Positions 37,605 to 46,810 of a stretch of 64,000 bases of DNA are shown here, in pieces. The notes under the pieces were generated by a model. It ran no database searches, was not told the DNA's origin, and was given only the letters and a program-made list of their open reading frames with translations. The translations under genes and the position numbers were made by a program. Position 1 is the stretch's first letter, and each line of letters begins with the position of its first letter. The DNA is from Terriglobales bacterium (GTDB lineage: Bacteria; Acidobacteriota; Aminicenantia; Aminicenantales; Saccharicenantaceae), in assembly GCA_035543515.1 (NCBI GenBank), contig DATKJS010000133.1, positions 1,134 through 65,133 of the forward strand, in the 5' to 3' direction.

Positions 37605-39458
37605 TCACCAGCCGATGCCGTAGTCCTCGCCGTAGTTGCTGCTGCCGCCCCAGAACGTGCCGTGCTCCCGGTCGAAATAGATGGCGTTGATCGGCCCCGA
37701 GGTGTATTTCCTGACCGTGATCACGTACCCCATGGCCTTGAGCCGGTCCCGGACCTCGGCCGGGACCTTGGCGTTGAGGTCGATCTTCCCCGGCAGGCAC
37801 TTGTGGTCGGTGAAGGAATCATGCATCTGGTAGCTCGTGATGTTGGACGCTTCGCAGGCCTCCTGGACGTCCATGCCGAACTCGACGATATCGAGGAAGA
37901 GCTGGAGGAGGTTCTGGTCCTGGGTGTCGCCCCCCTGGACGGCGAAGGAGAGCAGCGGCTTCCCGTCCTTGACGGCCAAGCCCGGCGTCAGGGTCGCCCG
38001 CGGCCTCTTGCCCGGTTCGATGACGTTGAAGGGGTTCTTGAACTCGTCGAGGACGAAGCTCTGGGCCCGCTGGCTCAGTCCGACCCCCGTCGTCCCGGCG
38101 ATGACGCAGGGGACCCAGCCGCCGCTCGGCGTGACCGAGACGACCCAGCCCTCCTTGTCCGCCGCCTCGATGGAGGTCGTGCCCGTCCGGAAGCTCCGCT
38201 CGTAGGCCTCGGCTTCCTCCCGGGTGAGGGACGCCGTCCGCTCCCGGCCCCAGTCGAGCCAAGTGTCGAGATAGCGGAGGAAGGGGTTCTTCCTGCCCTC
38301 GAAGGGATACGGGTCGCCAGGCTTGACGTCGGGGTCATTGCGCTCCCAGTCGACGAGCTTGACCCGCTCGCCGGCGTATGCCTTGGAGAGGAGGCCCCGG
38401 AGCGGCTCCTCCGGCGGGAAGCCGGGGTCGCCGTAATAGAAATCGCGGTCGGCGAAGGCCAGGTTCATGACCTGGTAGAGGGCATGGATGTAGCGGGCGC
38501 TGTTGTAGCCCATGCCCTTGAGGTCCATCGTCTCGAGCATGTTCAGGGCCTGGAGCATGACCGGGCCCTGGACCCAGCTCGTCAGCTTGTAGACCTCGAT
38601 GCCCTTGTAGTTCGTCGAGACCGGCGCCTCGAGATGGACCTTCCAGCGGTCGAGGTCCTCAAGGGTCATCAGCCCGCCGGCCTCGGCCGAGCCGCGCACG
38701 AGGTCCCGGGCGATGTCGCCCCGGTAGAAGCGGTCGTAAGCCGCGTAGATGGCCGCCTTCCTGCCCTTGCCTTCGGCCAGGGCCATTCGCTCGGCCTCGG
38801 CCAGCTTCTGAAGCGTCCTCAGAAGGTCCGGCTGGCGGAAGACCTCGCCGGGCCGCGGGCCCTCGGCCGCTTCGCCCGGATGGGGCAGGAAGACGCGGGC
38901 CGAGGCCGGCCATTGCTTGATCTTGGCCTTGTTCCGCTCGATCATGTCGCAGAGCTCTTTTTCGACCGGGTAGCCTTCGGCCATGCGCAGGGACGGCTCG
39001 AGGACGTCGGCCAGGCTCATCGTCCCGAATTCGGCCAGCATCGTCAGCAGCCCGCCCGGCGTCCCGGGCGTCACCGCCGAGAGCGGCCCGTCGGCCGGCG
39101 GATACTCGTAGCCCTTGCCTTTATAGAATGCCGCGGTGGCCCCGGTCGGGGCGACGCCCAGGGCGTTGAGCCCGATGACCTTCCCCGTCTTGGGATTGAA
39201 GATGAGGGCCTGGGTCTCCCCTCCCCAGGTCAGGACGTCGTGCATGGTGCAGACGGCGCCCAGCATGGCGCAGGCGGCGTCGACGGCGTTGCCGCCCCTC
39301 ATGAAGATCATCGCCCCGGCCGTGGCGGCGAGGGGCTTTCCGGTGATGGCCATCCAGTTCCGGGCGTGGAGGGCCGGCTTTTCCGTCCGTTCGGCGGCCG
39401 GGGCGGCGGCCACGGCCGTCAGGACGAGGAGCGACAGGGTCAGGACGAGGATGCGCAT
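37605..39458 (-). CDS. ggt: Gamma-glutamyltransferase, secreted
   Basis: A signal peptide is present. GGNAVDAA is conserved, TGTTSI carries the autoprocessing Thr, and the length matches GGT. Confidence 0.88.
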   Translation of the reverse strand: MRILVLTLSLLVLTAVAAAPAAERTEKPALHARNWMAITGKPLAATAGAMIFMRGGNAVDAACAMLGAVCTMHDVLTWGGETQALIFNPKTGKVIGLNALGVAPTGATAAFYKGKGYEYPPADGPLSAVTPGTPGGLLTMLAEFGTMSLADVLEPSLRMAEGYPVEKELCDMIERNKAKIKQWPASARVFLPHPGEAAEGPRPGEVFRQPDLLRTLQKLAEAERMALAEGKGRKAAIYAAYDRFYRGDIARDLVRGSAEAGGLMTLEDLDRWKVHLEAPVSTNYKGIEVYKLTSWVQGPVMLQALNMLETMDLKGMGYNSARYIHALYQVMNLAFADRDFYYGDPGFPPEEPLRGLLSKAYAGERVKLVDWERNDPDVKPGDPYPFEGRKNPFLRYLDTWLDWGRERTASLTREEAEAYERSFRTGTTSIEAADKEGWVVSVTPSGGWVPCVIAGTTGVGLSQRAQSFVLDEFKNPFNVIEPGKRPRATLTPGLAVKDGKPLLSFAVQGGDTQDQNLLQLFLDIVEFGMDVQEACEASNITSYQMHDSFTDHKCLPGKIDLNAKVPAEVRDRLKAMGYVITVRKYTSGPINAIYFDREHGTFWGGSSNYGEDYGIGW

Positions 39459-39502
39459 CGGACCTCCTTCGGCGCAGGCGGAGTGCCGCGGGCGGCGTCA
39501 TC

Positions 39503-39531
39503 ATCGTAGCAGCGGACGGCCCGCTTGACAA
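39503..39531 (-). promoter_or_regulatory. Candidate sigma70 promoter TTGTCA-N17-TACGAT for ggt
   Basis: Read from the minus strand. GAAGGAGG and the ATG lie about 40 nt downstream. Confidence 0.4.
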
Positions 39532-39563
39532 GGGGCGGGCGCGTGGCCCTGTCCCCTTTGTTA

Positions 39564-39572
39564 TGCTATAAT
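39564..39572 (+). promoter_or_regulatory. Extended -10 promoter TGcTATAAT for the flavoprotein operon
   Basis: A perfect TGnTATAAT is present. The track's ATG 39571 lies inside the box, so ATG 39616 is the likelier start. Confidence 0.5.
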
Positions 39573-39615
39573 GCGTTTCTTTGCGGACCGCATCGCAGAG
39601 AGAGGGCGCCGCCCG

Positions 39616-41769
39616 ATGGCCTCTCTGACGACACGTCAAGGAGCTCGACCCGCCGTGTACCGCATCGACCGACACCCCATCCTCCCCCTCCCGCCGCGCG
39701 CCGAAGTCCCGTTCACATGGCACGGCCGTCCGATGACCGCGCGCGACGGCGAAACGATCTCCTCCGCGCTCTTCGCCAACGGCGTCCGCGTCTTCGGCCA
39801 CCATGCCAAGGACGGCGCGCCGCAGGGCATCTTCTGCGCCAACGGCCAGTGCTCCCAGTGCCTTGTCCTGGCCGACGGGGCGCCGGTCAAGTCCTGCATG
39901 GAGCTCGTCCGGCCCGGACTGCGGGTGGAGCCTGTCGACGGCCTGCCGGTCCTTGCGGCCGCCGACCCATCAGCCTCCTCCCTGCCGCCCCTGCGCGCCC
40001 CCGAAGAGCTCCGGGTGCCGGTTCTTATCATCGGAGGCGGGCCGGCCGGGCTGTCAGCCGCGGCCGAGCTCGGCCGGCGCGGCATCGAGGCCCTCGTCAT
40101 CGACGACAAGCATCGCCTCGGCGGCAAGCTCGTCCTCCAGACCCACCGCTTCTTCGGCTCGATCGAGGCCGTTTACGCCGGGACCCGCGGCATCGATATC
40201 GCGACGCGGCTCGAGGCCGAGGTCCGCTCCTTCCCCGCCCTCAAGGTCTGGACCCAGAGCACGGCGGTGGCCGTCTTCAGCGACCGGAAGGTCGGCGTCC
40301 TCGTCGAAGGGACGCGCTATGTCCTGGTTTCGCCCGAAGTCCTCCTCGTCGCCGCCGGGGCCCGCGAGAAGAACCTCGCCTTCCCCGGCAACACCCTGCC
40401 CGGCGTCTATGGCGCCGGGGCCTTTCAGACCCTTGTCAACCGCGACCTCGTCAGGCCCGCACGCCGCCTCTTCATCGTCGGCGGCGGCAACGTCGGCCTC
40501 ATCGCCGGCTACCACGCCCTTCAGGCCGGCATCGCCGTCGTCGGGCTGGTCGAGGTCATGCCGGAGTGCGGCGGCTACAAGGTCCACCGCGACAAGCTGG
40601 CCCGCCTGGGCGTCCCCGTCTACACGTCCCACACCGTCCTTAACGCCAACGGCACGGAGGCCGTGGAATCAGTGACGGTCGCCCGGGTCGACCATCGCTT
40701 CCGGCCTGTCCCGGGGACGGAGAGGTCCTTCGCCTGCGACACCCTCCTCATCGCCGTCGGACTCGACCCGGTCAACGAGTTCATCGAGAAGGCCCAGGAG
40801 TTCGGGATGACCGTCTTCGCCGCCGGCGACGCCGAGGAGATCGCCGAAGCGTCCGCGGCCATCTTCTCCGGCAAGATCCGCGGCCTCGAGGTCGCGCGCG
40901 CCCTCGGCCGCGACGTCGGCGTCATCTCCGAGGATTGGTACCGGACGGCGGACATCCTCAAGTCCAAACCCGGCCCGACCTTCGACGAGAAAGTGCCCGA
41001 GGCGGAGGCCGGCGTCTTTCCCGTCCTCCACTGCGACCAGCAGATCCCTTGCGACCCGTGCACCGCGGTCTGCCCGAACCGCCTCATCGAGCTCGCCTCG
41101 GACGACATCCGCGACCTGCCCCGGTTCCTGGCGGAACGGAACGGCAAGGGCTGCTCGGGCTGCGAGAAGTGCGTCGCCATCTGCCCGGGGTTGGCCATCA
41201 CCATGGTCGACTACCGCAAGGACCCGGAGTTCCCGACCGTGTCCATCCCCTTCGAATTCCTCAAGGACACCCTGAAGCCCGGGGACTCGGTCGTCGTCGA
41301 GGACACGGACGGCCAGGCGCTCGGCCGGGTCGAGGTCGCGGCCGTGCGGGCCCTCAAGGCCAACGACCGGACGGTCATCGTCAAGGTCCGGGCGCCCAAG
41401 GCCTACGCCAAGAGAATCGCCGGCCTCCGCCTCCAGGCCGAAGCGGAGAGCGAGCCGATGGAACGGTACGTCGCCAGAACCGCGGACGACACGATCATCT
41501 GCCGCTGCGAGCGCGTCACCGCCAGCGCGATCCGCAAGCTCATCCGCGAGGGCGTCCGGGACATCAGCGAGATCAAGGCCGTGACCAGGACGAGCATGGG
41601 CTCGTGCGGGGCCAAGACCTGCACGCCCCTCCTCCATCGACTGTTCCGCGAGGAAGGGGTCCCGGAGTCCGAGGTCGTCGACCAGCCCAAGCGGCCGCTG
41701 TTCGTCGAGATCCCGCTGGGCGTACTCTCCGGCCTGGCAGGAGAGGGAGGCGACCGTGGCCGCGAATAG
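39616..41769 (+). CDS. Multi-domain FeS flavoprotein: N-terminal 2Fe-2S (SoxA/HcnA-like) + FAD/NAD(P) oxidoreductase (OoxA/HcnB-like) + 2x[4Fe-4S] ferredoxin + BFD-like 2Fe-2S
   Basis: The 2Fe-2S region reads CANGQCSQC...C. The dinucleotide site is VLIIGGGPAGL with a second GGGNVG. The ferredoxin motifs are CDPCTAVCP and CSGCEKCVAICP. The BFD-like region reads CRCERVT...GSCGAKTC. Confidence 0.78.
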   Translation: MASLTTRQGARPAVYRIDRHPILPLPPRAEVPFTWHGRPMTARDGETISSALFANGVRVFGHHAKDGAPQGIFCANGQCSQCLVLADGAPVKSCMELVRPGLRVEPVDGLPVLAAADPSASSLPPLRAPEELRVPVLIIGGGPAGLSAAAELGRRGIEALVIDDKHRLGGKLVLQTHRFFGSIEAVYAGTRGIDIATRLEAEVRSFPALKVWTQSTAVAVFSDRKVGVLVEGTRYVLVSPEVLLVAAGAREKNLAFPGNTLPGVYGAGAFQTLVNRDLVRPARRLFIVGGGNVGLIAGYHALQAGIAVVGLVEVMPECGGYKVHRDKLARLGVPVYTSHTVLNANGTEAVESVTVARVDHRFRPVPGTERSFACDTLLIAVGLDPVNEFIEKAQEFGMTVFAAGDAEEIAEASAAIFSGKIRGLEVARALGRDVGVISEDWYRTADILKSKPGPTFDEKVPEAEAGVFPVLHCDQQIPCDPCTAVCPNRLIELASDDIRDLPRFLAERNGKGCSGCEKCVAICPGLAITMVDYRKDPEFPTVSIPFEFLKDTLKPGDSVVVEDTDGQALGRVEVAAVRALKANDRTVIVKVRAPKAYAKRIAGLRLQAEAESEPMERYVARTADDTIICRCERVTASAIRKLIREGVRDISEIKAVTRTSMGSCGAKTCTPLLHRLFREEGVPESEVVDQPKRPLFVEIPLGVLSGLAGEGGDRGRE

Positions 41770-42916
41770 GTCGTTCGACGTCATCGTCATCGGCGCGGGG
41801 AGCGTCGGCCTGCCGGCCGCCATGGCCATGGCCGAGGCCGGGCTCCGGACGCTCGTCGTCGACGAGGGCGCGAGCCCCGGCCAGGGCTCGAACAAGAGGG
41901 CCATCGGCGGGCTCCGGGCGACGCATTCGGACCCGGCCAAGATCCGCGTCTGCCTCCGCAGCCTCGAGATCTTCTCGACCTGGGAGGAACGCTTCGGGGA
42001 TGCCATCGAGTGGCGGAAGGGCGGCTACGTCTTCGTCGCCTACCGCGAGGAGGAGGAGCAAAGCCTGAAGGGGCTCCTGCCCTTCCAGAAGTCTCACGGG
42101 CTGCGGATCGACTGGCTGGACGCGCGCGCGCTCCGCGGGGTCGCGCCCGACCTCAACCCGGACGGACTCCTCGGCGGGACCCTGTCTCCCGACGACGGCA
42201 ACGCTTCGCCCCTCCTGGCCGGCCACGCCTTCTACGCGAGGGCCCGGAAGCTCGGGGCCGAGTTCCGCTTCAACGAGAAGGTCACCGGCGTCCTGACGGC
42301 GGGGGGCCGGGCCGTCGGCGTCCGCACCGACAAGGGGGAGTACGGCGCGGAGGCCGTCGTCGACGCCGCCGGGGGGAGCGCGGCCGAGGTGGCCGCCCTC
42401 GCCGGGCTGGACGTCCCGGTGCGGCCCGATTCCCACGAGGCCGCGGTGACCGAGGCCGTGGCCCGCTTCCTCGAGCCGATGATCGTCGACATCCGGCCGG
42501 TCGAGGGTTCGGCCAACTACTATTTCTACCAGCACGACACCGGCCAGGTCATCTTTTGCATCACGCCGTCCCCCTCGATCTGGGGGGGCGACGTCCGCGA
42601 GACGAGTTCGTTCCTGCCCATGGTCTCGCGGCGGATGGTCGAGGTCATGCCGCGCCTCCGCAACCTCCGCGTCCGGAGGACCTGGCGGGGGCTCTATCCC
42701 ATGACCCCGGACGGCCTGCCCATCGTCGGAGAGGCGAAGGAGCTCGGCGGCTTCATCTTCGGCGCCGGCATGTGCGGGCAGGGCTTCATGCTCGGCCCAG
42801 GGCTGGGCGAGCTCCTGGCCCGGCTCGTTCAGAAGAAGCTGACCGAGGAGGACAGGGACACGCTATCCTATTTCAGCCCCTACCGCGCCTTCCAGGGCAT
42901 GGAGATGCTGAAATAG
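41756..42916 (+). CDS. FAD-dependent oxidoreductase, DAO family (sarcosine oxidase beta / OoxB / HcnC-like)
   Basis: FDVIVIGAGSVGL is the FAD dinucleotide motif. GTG 41756 follows GAGGGAGG and overlaps the upstream stop. Confidence 0.85.
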   Translation: MAANRSFDVIVIGAGSVGLPAAMAMAEAGLRTLVVDEGASPGQGSNKRAIGGLRATHSDPAKIRVCLRSLEIFSTWEERFGDAIEWRKGGYVFVAYREEEEQSLKGLLPFQKSHGLRIDWLDARALRGVAPDLNPDGLLGGTLSPDDGNASPLLAGHAFYARARKLGAEFRFNEKVTGVLTAGGRAVGVRTDKGEYGAEAVVDAAGGSAAEVAALAGLDVPVRPDSHEAAVTEAVARFLEPMIVDIRPVEGSANYYFYQHDTGQVIFCITPSPSIWGGDVRETSSFLPMVSRRMVEVMPRLRNLRVRRTWRGLYPMTPDGLPIVGEAKELGGFIFGAGMCGQGFMLGPGLGELLARLVQKKLTEEDRDTLSYFSPYRAFQGMEMLK

Positions 42917-42930
42917 CCGTGGAGGCCGGC

Positions 42931-43920
42931 ATGGCGGAAATCGCAGGGAATATTCGGACGCCGCGCCGGCTCGGCCGGGATGGGCCGCTCGTGTCGCCGG
43001 TCGGGCTCGGCTGCTGGCAGTTCTCGAAGGGCGGCAACCTGGCCGGACGCTACTGGAGGCTTATCGACGACGAAGAGATCCGCCGGATCGTCGGCCGCGC
43101 TCTCGAGCTCGGCATCGACTGGTTCGACACGGCCGAGGGCTACGGAAACGGCGAATCGGAGAAAGCCTTGGCCAGGAGCCTGCAAGCCCTGGGCAAGGCG
43201 CCGGGCGAAGTCGTCATCGCCACCAAATGGAATCCGGTCCTCCGAAGGGCTTCGTCCATCTCCCGCACCATCGGCGACCGCCTGGCCAACCTGGCTCCCT
43301 TCCCCATAGACCTGTTCCAGATCCACAACCCGTACTCCGTCTCCCCGCTCGAAAAGCAGCTCGCGGCCATGGCCCGCCTTGTCGAGGACGGCATGGTCCG
43401 CTTCGTCGGGGTCAGCAACTTCTCCAGGCGTCGGATGGAGAAGGCCCATCGGCTCCTAGCCGCGCGCGGCCTGCCCCTCGTCTCGAACCAGGTCCGCTAC
43501 AGCCTGCTCGACCGCAGCATCGAAAAAAGCGGGGTTCTCGAAGCGGCCGAGGACCTCGGCGTCGGCATCATCGCCTATTCGCCGCTCGCCCAGGGCCTTC
43601 TCTCGGGCAAGTTCCACGACGACCCGGCCCTCGTGCGCCGCACGCCCGGCTTCCGGAGATTCATGCCGGGGTTCAGGCGGCGCGGCCTCGAAAGAAGCCG
43701 TCTTGTCGTCGAAGCTCTCCGCCGCATCGCGCCGAAATACGGCGCCACCGAGGCCCAAGCGGCCCTCAACTGGCTCATCGCCCGCCATGGCGAGACGGTC
43801 ACGGTCATCCCCGGCGCGAGCCGGGCCGCCCAGGTCGACGACCTGGCCGCGGCGATGTCGTTCCGTCTGTCGGAGAGCGACATGGAGGAGCTTGACCGGG
43901 TCTCGGCGTCCTTCAAATGA
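42931..43920 (+). CDS. Aldo/keto reductase
   Basis: ATG 42931 follows GGAGG. Translation has GLGCWQF, WFDTAEGYGNGESE and VSNF motifs. The track ORF beginning at 42010 is an off-frame extension through the upstream gene. Confidence 0.88.
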   Translation: MAEIAGNIRTPRRLGRDGPLVSPVGLGCWQFSKGGNLAGRYWRLIDDEEIRRIVGRALELGIDWFDTAEGYGNGESEKALARSLQALGKAPGEVVIATKWNPVLRRASSISRTIGDRLANLAPFPIDLFQIHNPYSVSPLEKQLAAMARLVEDGMVRFVGVSNFSRRRMEKAHRLLAARGLPLVSNQVRYSLLDRSIEKSGVLEAAEDLGVGIIAYSPLAQGLLSGKFHDDPALVRRTPGFRRFMPGFRRRGLERSRLVVEALRRIAPKYGATEAQAALNWLIARHGETVTVIPGASRAAQVDDLAAAMSFRLSESDMEELDRVSASFK

Positions 43921-43968
43921 CCGCGGAGAACCGCGAGTTCGGGCCGGTGAAAAGAGCTCTCGCCGCGG

Positions 43969-44727
43969 CTATTTCGCGAAGAAGACCCACCCGGCGCACT
44001 CCACGATCCTCATCTCCATGTCATAGACGGACCGCAGGAGCGGCTCGCTCAGGGTCTGCCGCGGCGGGCCGGAGGCGACGACCCGGCCGTTCTTCATGAA
44101 GACCATGCCGTCGGAATAGCGGACGGCCATCTCCAGGTTGTGAAGGGTGACGATGATCGTCTTGCCCTTCTCGTCGGCCAGGCGGCGACAGAGGGCCATG
44201 GTCTCGACCTCGTGGCGGGGGTCCAGGAAGGAGGTCGGCTCGTCGAGGAGGAGCACGTCGGACCCCTGGGCCAGGGCCCGGGCGATGAGGACGAGCCGTC
44301 TTTCACCGGAGCTGAGCTCGAAGAACGAGCGGCGGAGCTGACCGTCGAGCCCGACGTAGCAGAGGGCCTCCTCCGCCAGCGCCACGTCCAGGCTCGTCGG
44401 CGCCCCGAACGTCGGCAGGAAGGCCGCCCGCCCCGTCAGGATGAAGTCGAGGACGGCATAGTTGAAAGTGAAGGACGCCTCCTGAGGCACGTAGGCGACG
44501 AGCCTGGCCCGCTCCCGGCCCCGGAGCGCGGCCAGGTCCCGGCCGTCGACGAAGATCGTCCGCGGCGGCGCCGGAAGGACGGAGGCGAGGCACTTGAGGA
44601 ACGTGGACTTGCCCGCGCCGTTCGGGCCGACGACGGAGGTGACCCGGGCATCGGGGAAGATGAGCTCACCGACCTCGAGGCGGAAGTCCTCGTAGGCGAA
44701 GGCCAGTTTCTCGACGCGGACCTTCAC
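43969..44727 (-). CDS. ABC transporter ATP-binding protein (FecE/BtuD type)
   Basis: Walker A is GPNGAGKST, the signature is LSSGERR and Walker B is LLLDEPTS. Confidence 0.9.
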   Translation of the reverse strand: MKVRVEKLAFAYEDFRLEVGELIFPDARVTSVVGPNGAGKSTFLKCLASVLPAPPRTIFVDGRDLAALRGRERARLVAYVPQEASFTFNYAVLDFILTGRAAFLPTFGAPTSLDVALAEEALCYVGLDGQLRRSFFELSSGERRLVLIARALAQGSDVLLLDEPTSFLDPRHEVETMALCRRLADEKGKTIIVTLHNLEMAVRYSDGMVFMKNGRVVASGPPRQTLSEPLLRSVYDMEMRIVECAGWVFFAK

Positions 44728-45740
44728 CGCCAGACCCTCCCCGAGCGCTTCAGAAGCACGATGAAGAACGGGATGCCCACGACGCTCGTCAGGATGCCGA
44801 TGGGGATCTCGAAGGATGCCGCGCTGCGGGCGATGTCGTCGGCGACGATGAGCAGGCTCGCGCCGAAGGCCGCCGAGAGCGGCAGGACCTTGCGGTTGTC
44901 CGCCCCGACGGCCATGCGCACGAGGTGCGGGACGATCAGGCCGACCCAGTTGATGACCCCGGTGACGGAGGTCGCGGCGGCGGTGACCAGGGTCGCCACG
45001 GCAATGACCAGGGCCTTCTCCCGCCGGACGTTGACGCCGAGGGCCCTGGCCTCGTCGTCGCCCAGGGACAGGACGTTCATCCGCCAGCGAAGGAGGATAA
45101 GGATGAGGACGCCGAGGCCGATGACGGGCAGGGTCACGGCCAGGTCGCCCCAGGCGGCCTGGGACAGGCTTCCCATGAGCCAGAAGATGAGGGCCTGGAG
45201 GGCGTAGGGATTGGCCACGAATTCGACGAGGGAAAGAAGAGCTTGGAAGAGGGCCGAGACGATGATGCCCGAGAGAAGGACGGGGACGATTCCCGACGCC
45301 GAGCGGCCGGCGATGAGGACGACGAGGAGGACGGCCAGGACGGCCATGGCGAAGGCCGCGAGCTGCGGCGGGAAGGCCCGGCCCAGGAAGACGAGGGACA
45401 GGGCGGCGCCGAAGGCTGCGCCGTAGGAGATGCCCAAGCTGAACTCGAAAACGAGCGGGTTCTGGAAGAGCGCTTGGAGCGAGGCCCCCGAAACGGCCAG
45501 GGCGGCGCCGGCGAAGAGGGCCAGCAGGAGCCGCGGCAGCCGGACCCGGAAAAGGATGTCGGCGTAGGGCGTAGGGGCGGCGCCCGGACCGGTCGCGGGC
45601 GCGTGGGTGAGCGTCGTCCAGACGGCCTTGAGGGGGATCGGATAGGAGCCGAGGTTGAGCGAGAGGACGAGGAGGACCACGGGCAGGGCCAGGGCCGCCC
45701 AGGTGAGCCAGGCCCGCGTCTTACTTGCGGAGCCAGTCAT
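44724..45740 (-). CDS. FecCD/BtuC-family ABC permease
   Basis: ATG 45740 gives a roughly 338-aa polytopic protein ending GIPFFIVLLKRS, typical of the FecCD family. It overlaps the ATPase start (GTGA). Confidence 0.85.
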   Translation of the reverse strand: MTGSASKTRAWLTWAALALPVVLLVLSLNLGSYPIPLKAVWTTLTHAPATGPGAAPTPYADILFRVRLPRLLLALFAGAALAVSGASLQALFQNPLVFEFSLGISYGAAFGAALSLVFLGRAFPPQLAAFAMAVLAVLLVVLIAGRSASGIVPVLLSGIIVSALFQALLSLVEFVANPYALQALIFWLMGSLSQAAWGDLAVTLPVIGLGVLILILLRWRMNVLSLGDDEARALGVNVRREKALVIAVATLVTAAATSVTGVINWVGLIVPHLVRMAVGADNRKVLPLSAAFGASLLIVADDIARSAASFEIPIGILTSVVGIPFFIVLLKRSGRVWR

Positions 45741-46794
45741 GGCAGCCGAGCACCTTGTCGAGGGCGCTGAAGGCGCCCTCGACGCCATAGAATTCCTTAT
45801 AGGCGGCGTTCCCCTCGGCCTCGAGGTCGAAGCCGGGGAACCGCTCCGGGTAGAACAGCCGGGCGAGATAGAGCGTTTCGACCAGGACGAGGGCCGGGTC
45901 CCACCAGTACCAGAAGCCGAATGTGTAATGGACGCGGCCGGTCCTGACGGCGCGGACTGACGCCAGGCGGGGGTCGCCGAGTACGGATTCCACCGTGACC
46001 CTCCGCTCGCCCGGCGGGTAGTTCCCCTGGACGAGGATGACCTCAGGGTCCCAGCGGATGATCGTCTCGATAGGCACGGTCGCCCCGGCCGTGCCCAAGT
46101 AGGACGGAAGGAGGCCGGCGGCGCAGTTCGTCCCTCGGGCGGCGTCCACCGGCTCATAGGCGACCGGCGTCCGGAGGAGCGAGCCCCAGAAGGAGAGATA
46201 GACGCGGGGTGCGTCGGCGTCCCGGACCGGCCCGAGAGCCGCGGCCAGGCCCGAGAGCCGGTCCCGGAAATGAGCGGCCAGCCAGGCCGCTCGTTCCTGC
46301 CGGCCGAGGACTCGGCCGATCGTCGCCATTTCTTCGAGCAGGGAGCGGAACCTGCCGACCGAAGCGAGGGCGGCGACCGGCGTCCGGAGCCGCCGGGCGA
46401 TGGCGTCCGCCGCGGCCGGCTCCGACGGGGAGGCGAAGACGACGTCCGGCCGGAGGCTTATCGCGAGTTCGAAGTTCAGGTCCTGGCCCTGGTTCGAGAC
46501 GACGGGGAGCGCCCTCGAGGCCGGGAAGAGCATCGGGAACAGACGGTCCTGGTGACGGAGGAAGAAGTCGATGCCGACGAGCCTGTCGCCTGCACCCAAA
46601 GCGACGATGATGCGCGTGACCTCCGGCTCGAGCGAGAGGACGCGCCCGACGCGGGCCGGGATCTGGACATGGCGGCCGAGGCTGTCCGTGACGGCAACGG
46701 GGGGGGAATCGGGGCGCGACGGGCCCGCGCCCATGGCGCGAACAGAGAGGCTAAGGACAACGAGGACGACTCCGGCGGCCGGGCCCGTTCTCAT
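45721..46794 (-). CDS. Periplasmic substrate-binding protein, BtuF/FhuD (Peripla_BP_2) type
   Basis: ATG 46794 gives a signal peptide (MRTGPAAGVVLVVLSLSVRA). The motif RVLSLEPEVTRIIVALGAGDRLVGID is typical of the family. The 3' end overlaps the permease start by 20 nt. Confidence 0.8.
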   Translation of the reverse strand: MRTGPAAGVVLVVLSLSVRAMGAGPSRPDSPPVAVTDSLGRHVQIPARVGRVLSLEPEVTRIIVALGAGDRLVGIDFFLRHQDRLFPMLFPASRALPVVSNQGQDLNFELAISLRPDVVFASPSEPAAADAIARRLRTPVAALASVGRFRSLLEEMATIGRVLGRQERAAWLAAHFRDRLSGLAAALGPVRDADAPRVYLSFWGSLLRTPVAYEPVDAARGTNCAAGLLPSYLGTAGATVPIETIIRWDPEVILVQGNYPPGERRVTVESVLGDPRLASVRAVRTGRVHYTFGFWYWWDPALVLVETLYLARLFYPERFPGFDLEAEGNAAYKEFYGVEGAFSALDKVLGCHDWLRK

Positions 46795-46810
46795 GCCGGC
46801 ATTATACCAT

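Noticed and set aside
39525-39530. A perfect plus-strand TTGACA, considered as the -35 for the TGcTATAAT box.
   Set aside because: The spacer would be 36 nt. The hexamer is better explained as the complement of the TTGTCA -35 of the minus-strand ggt promoter (17-nt spacer to TACGAT).
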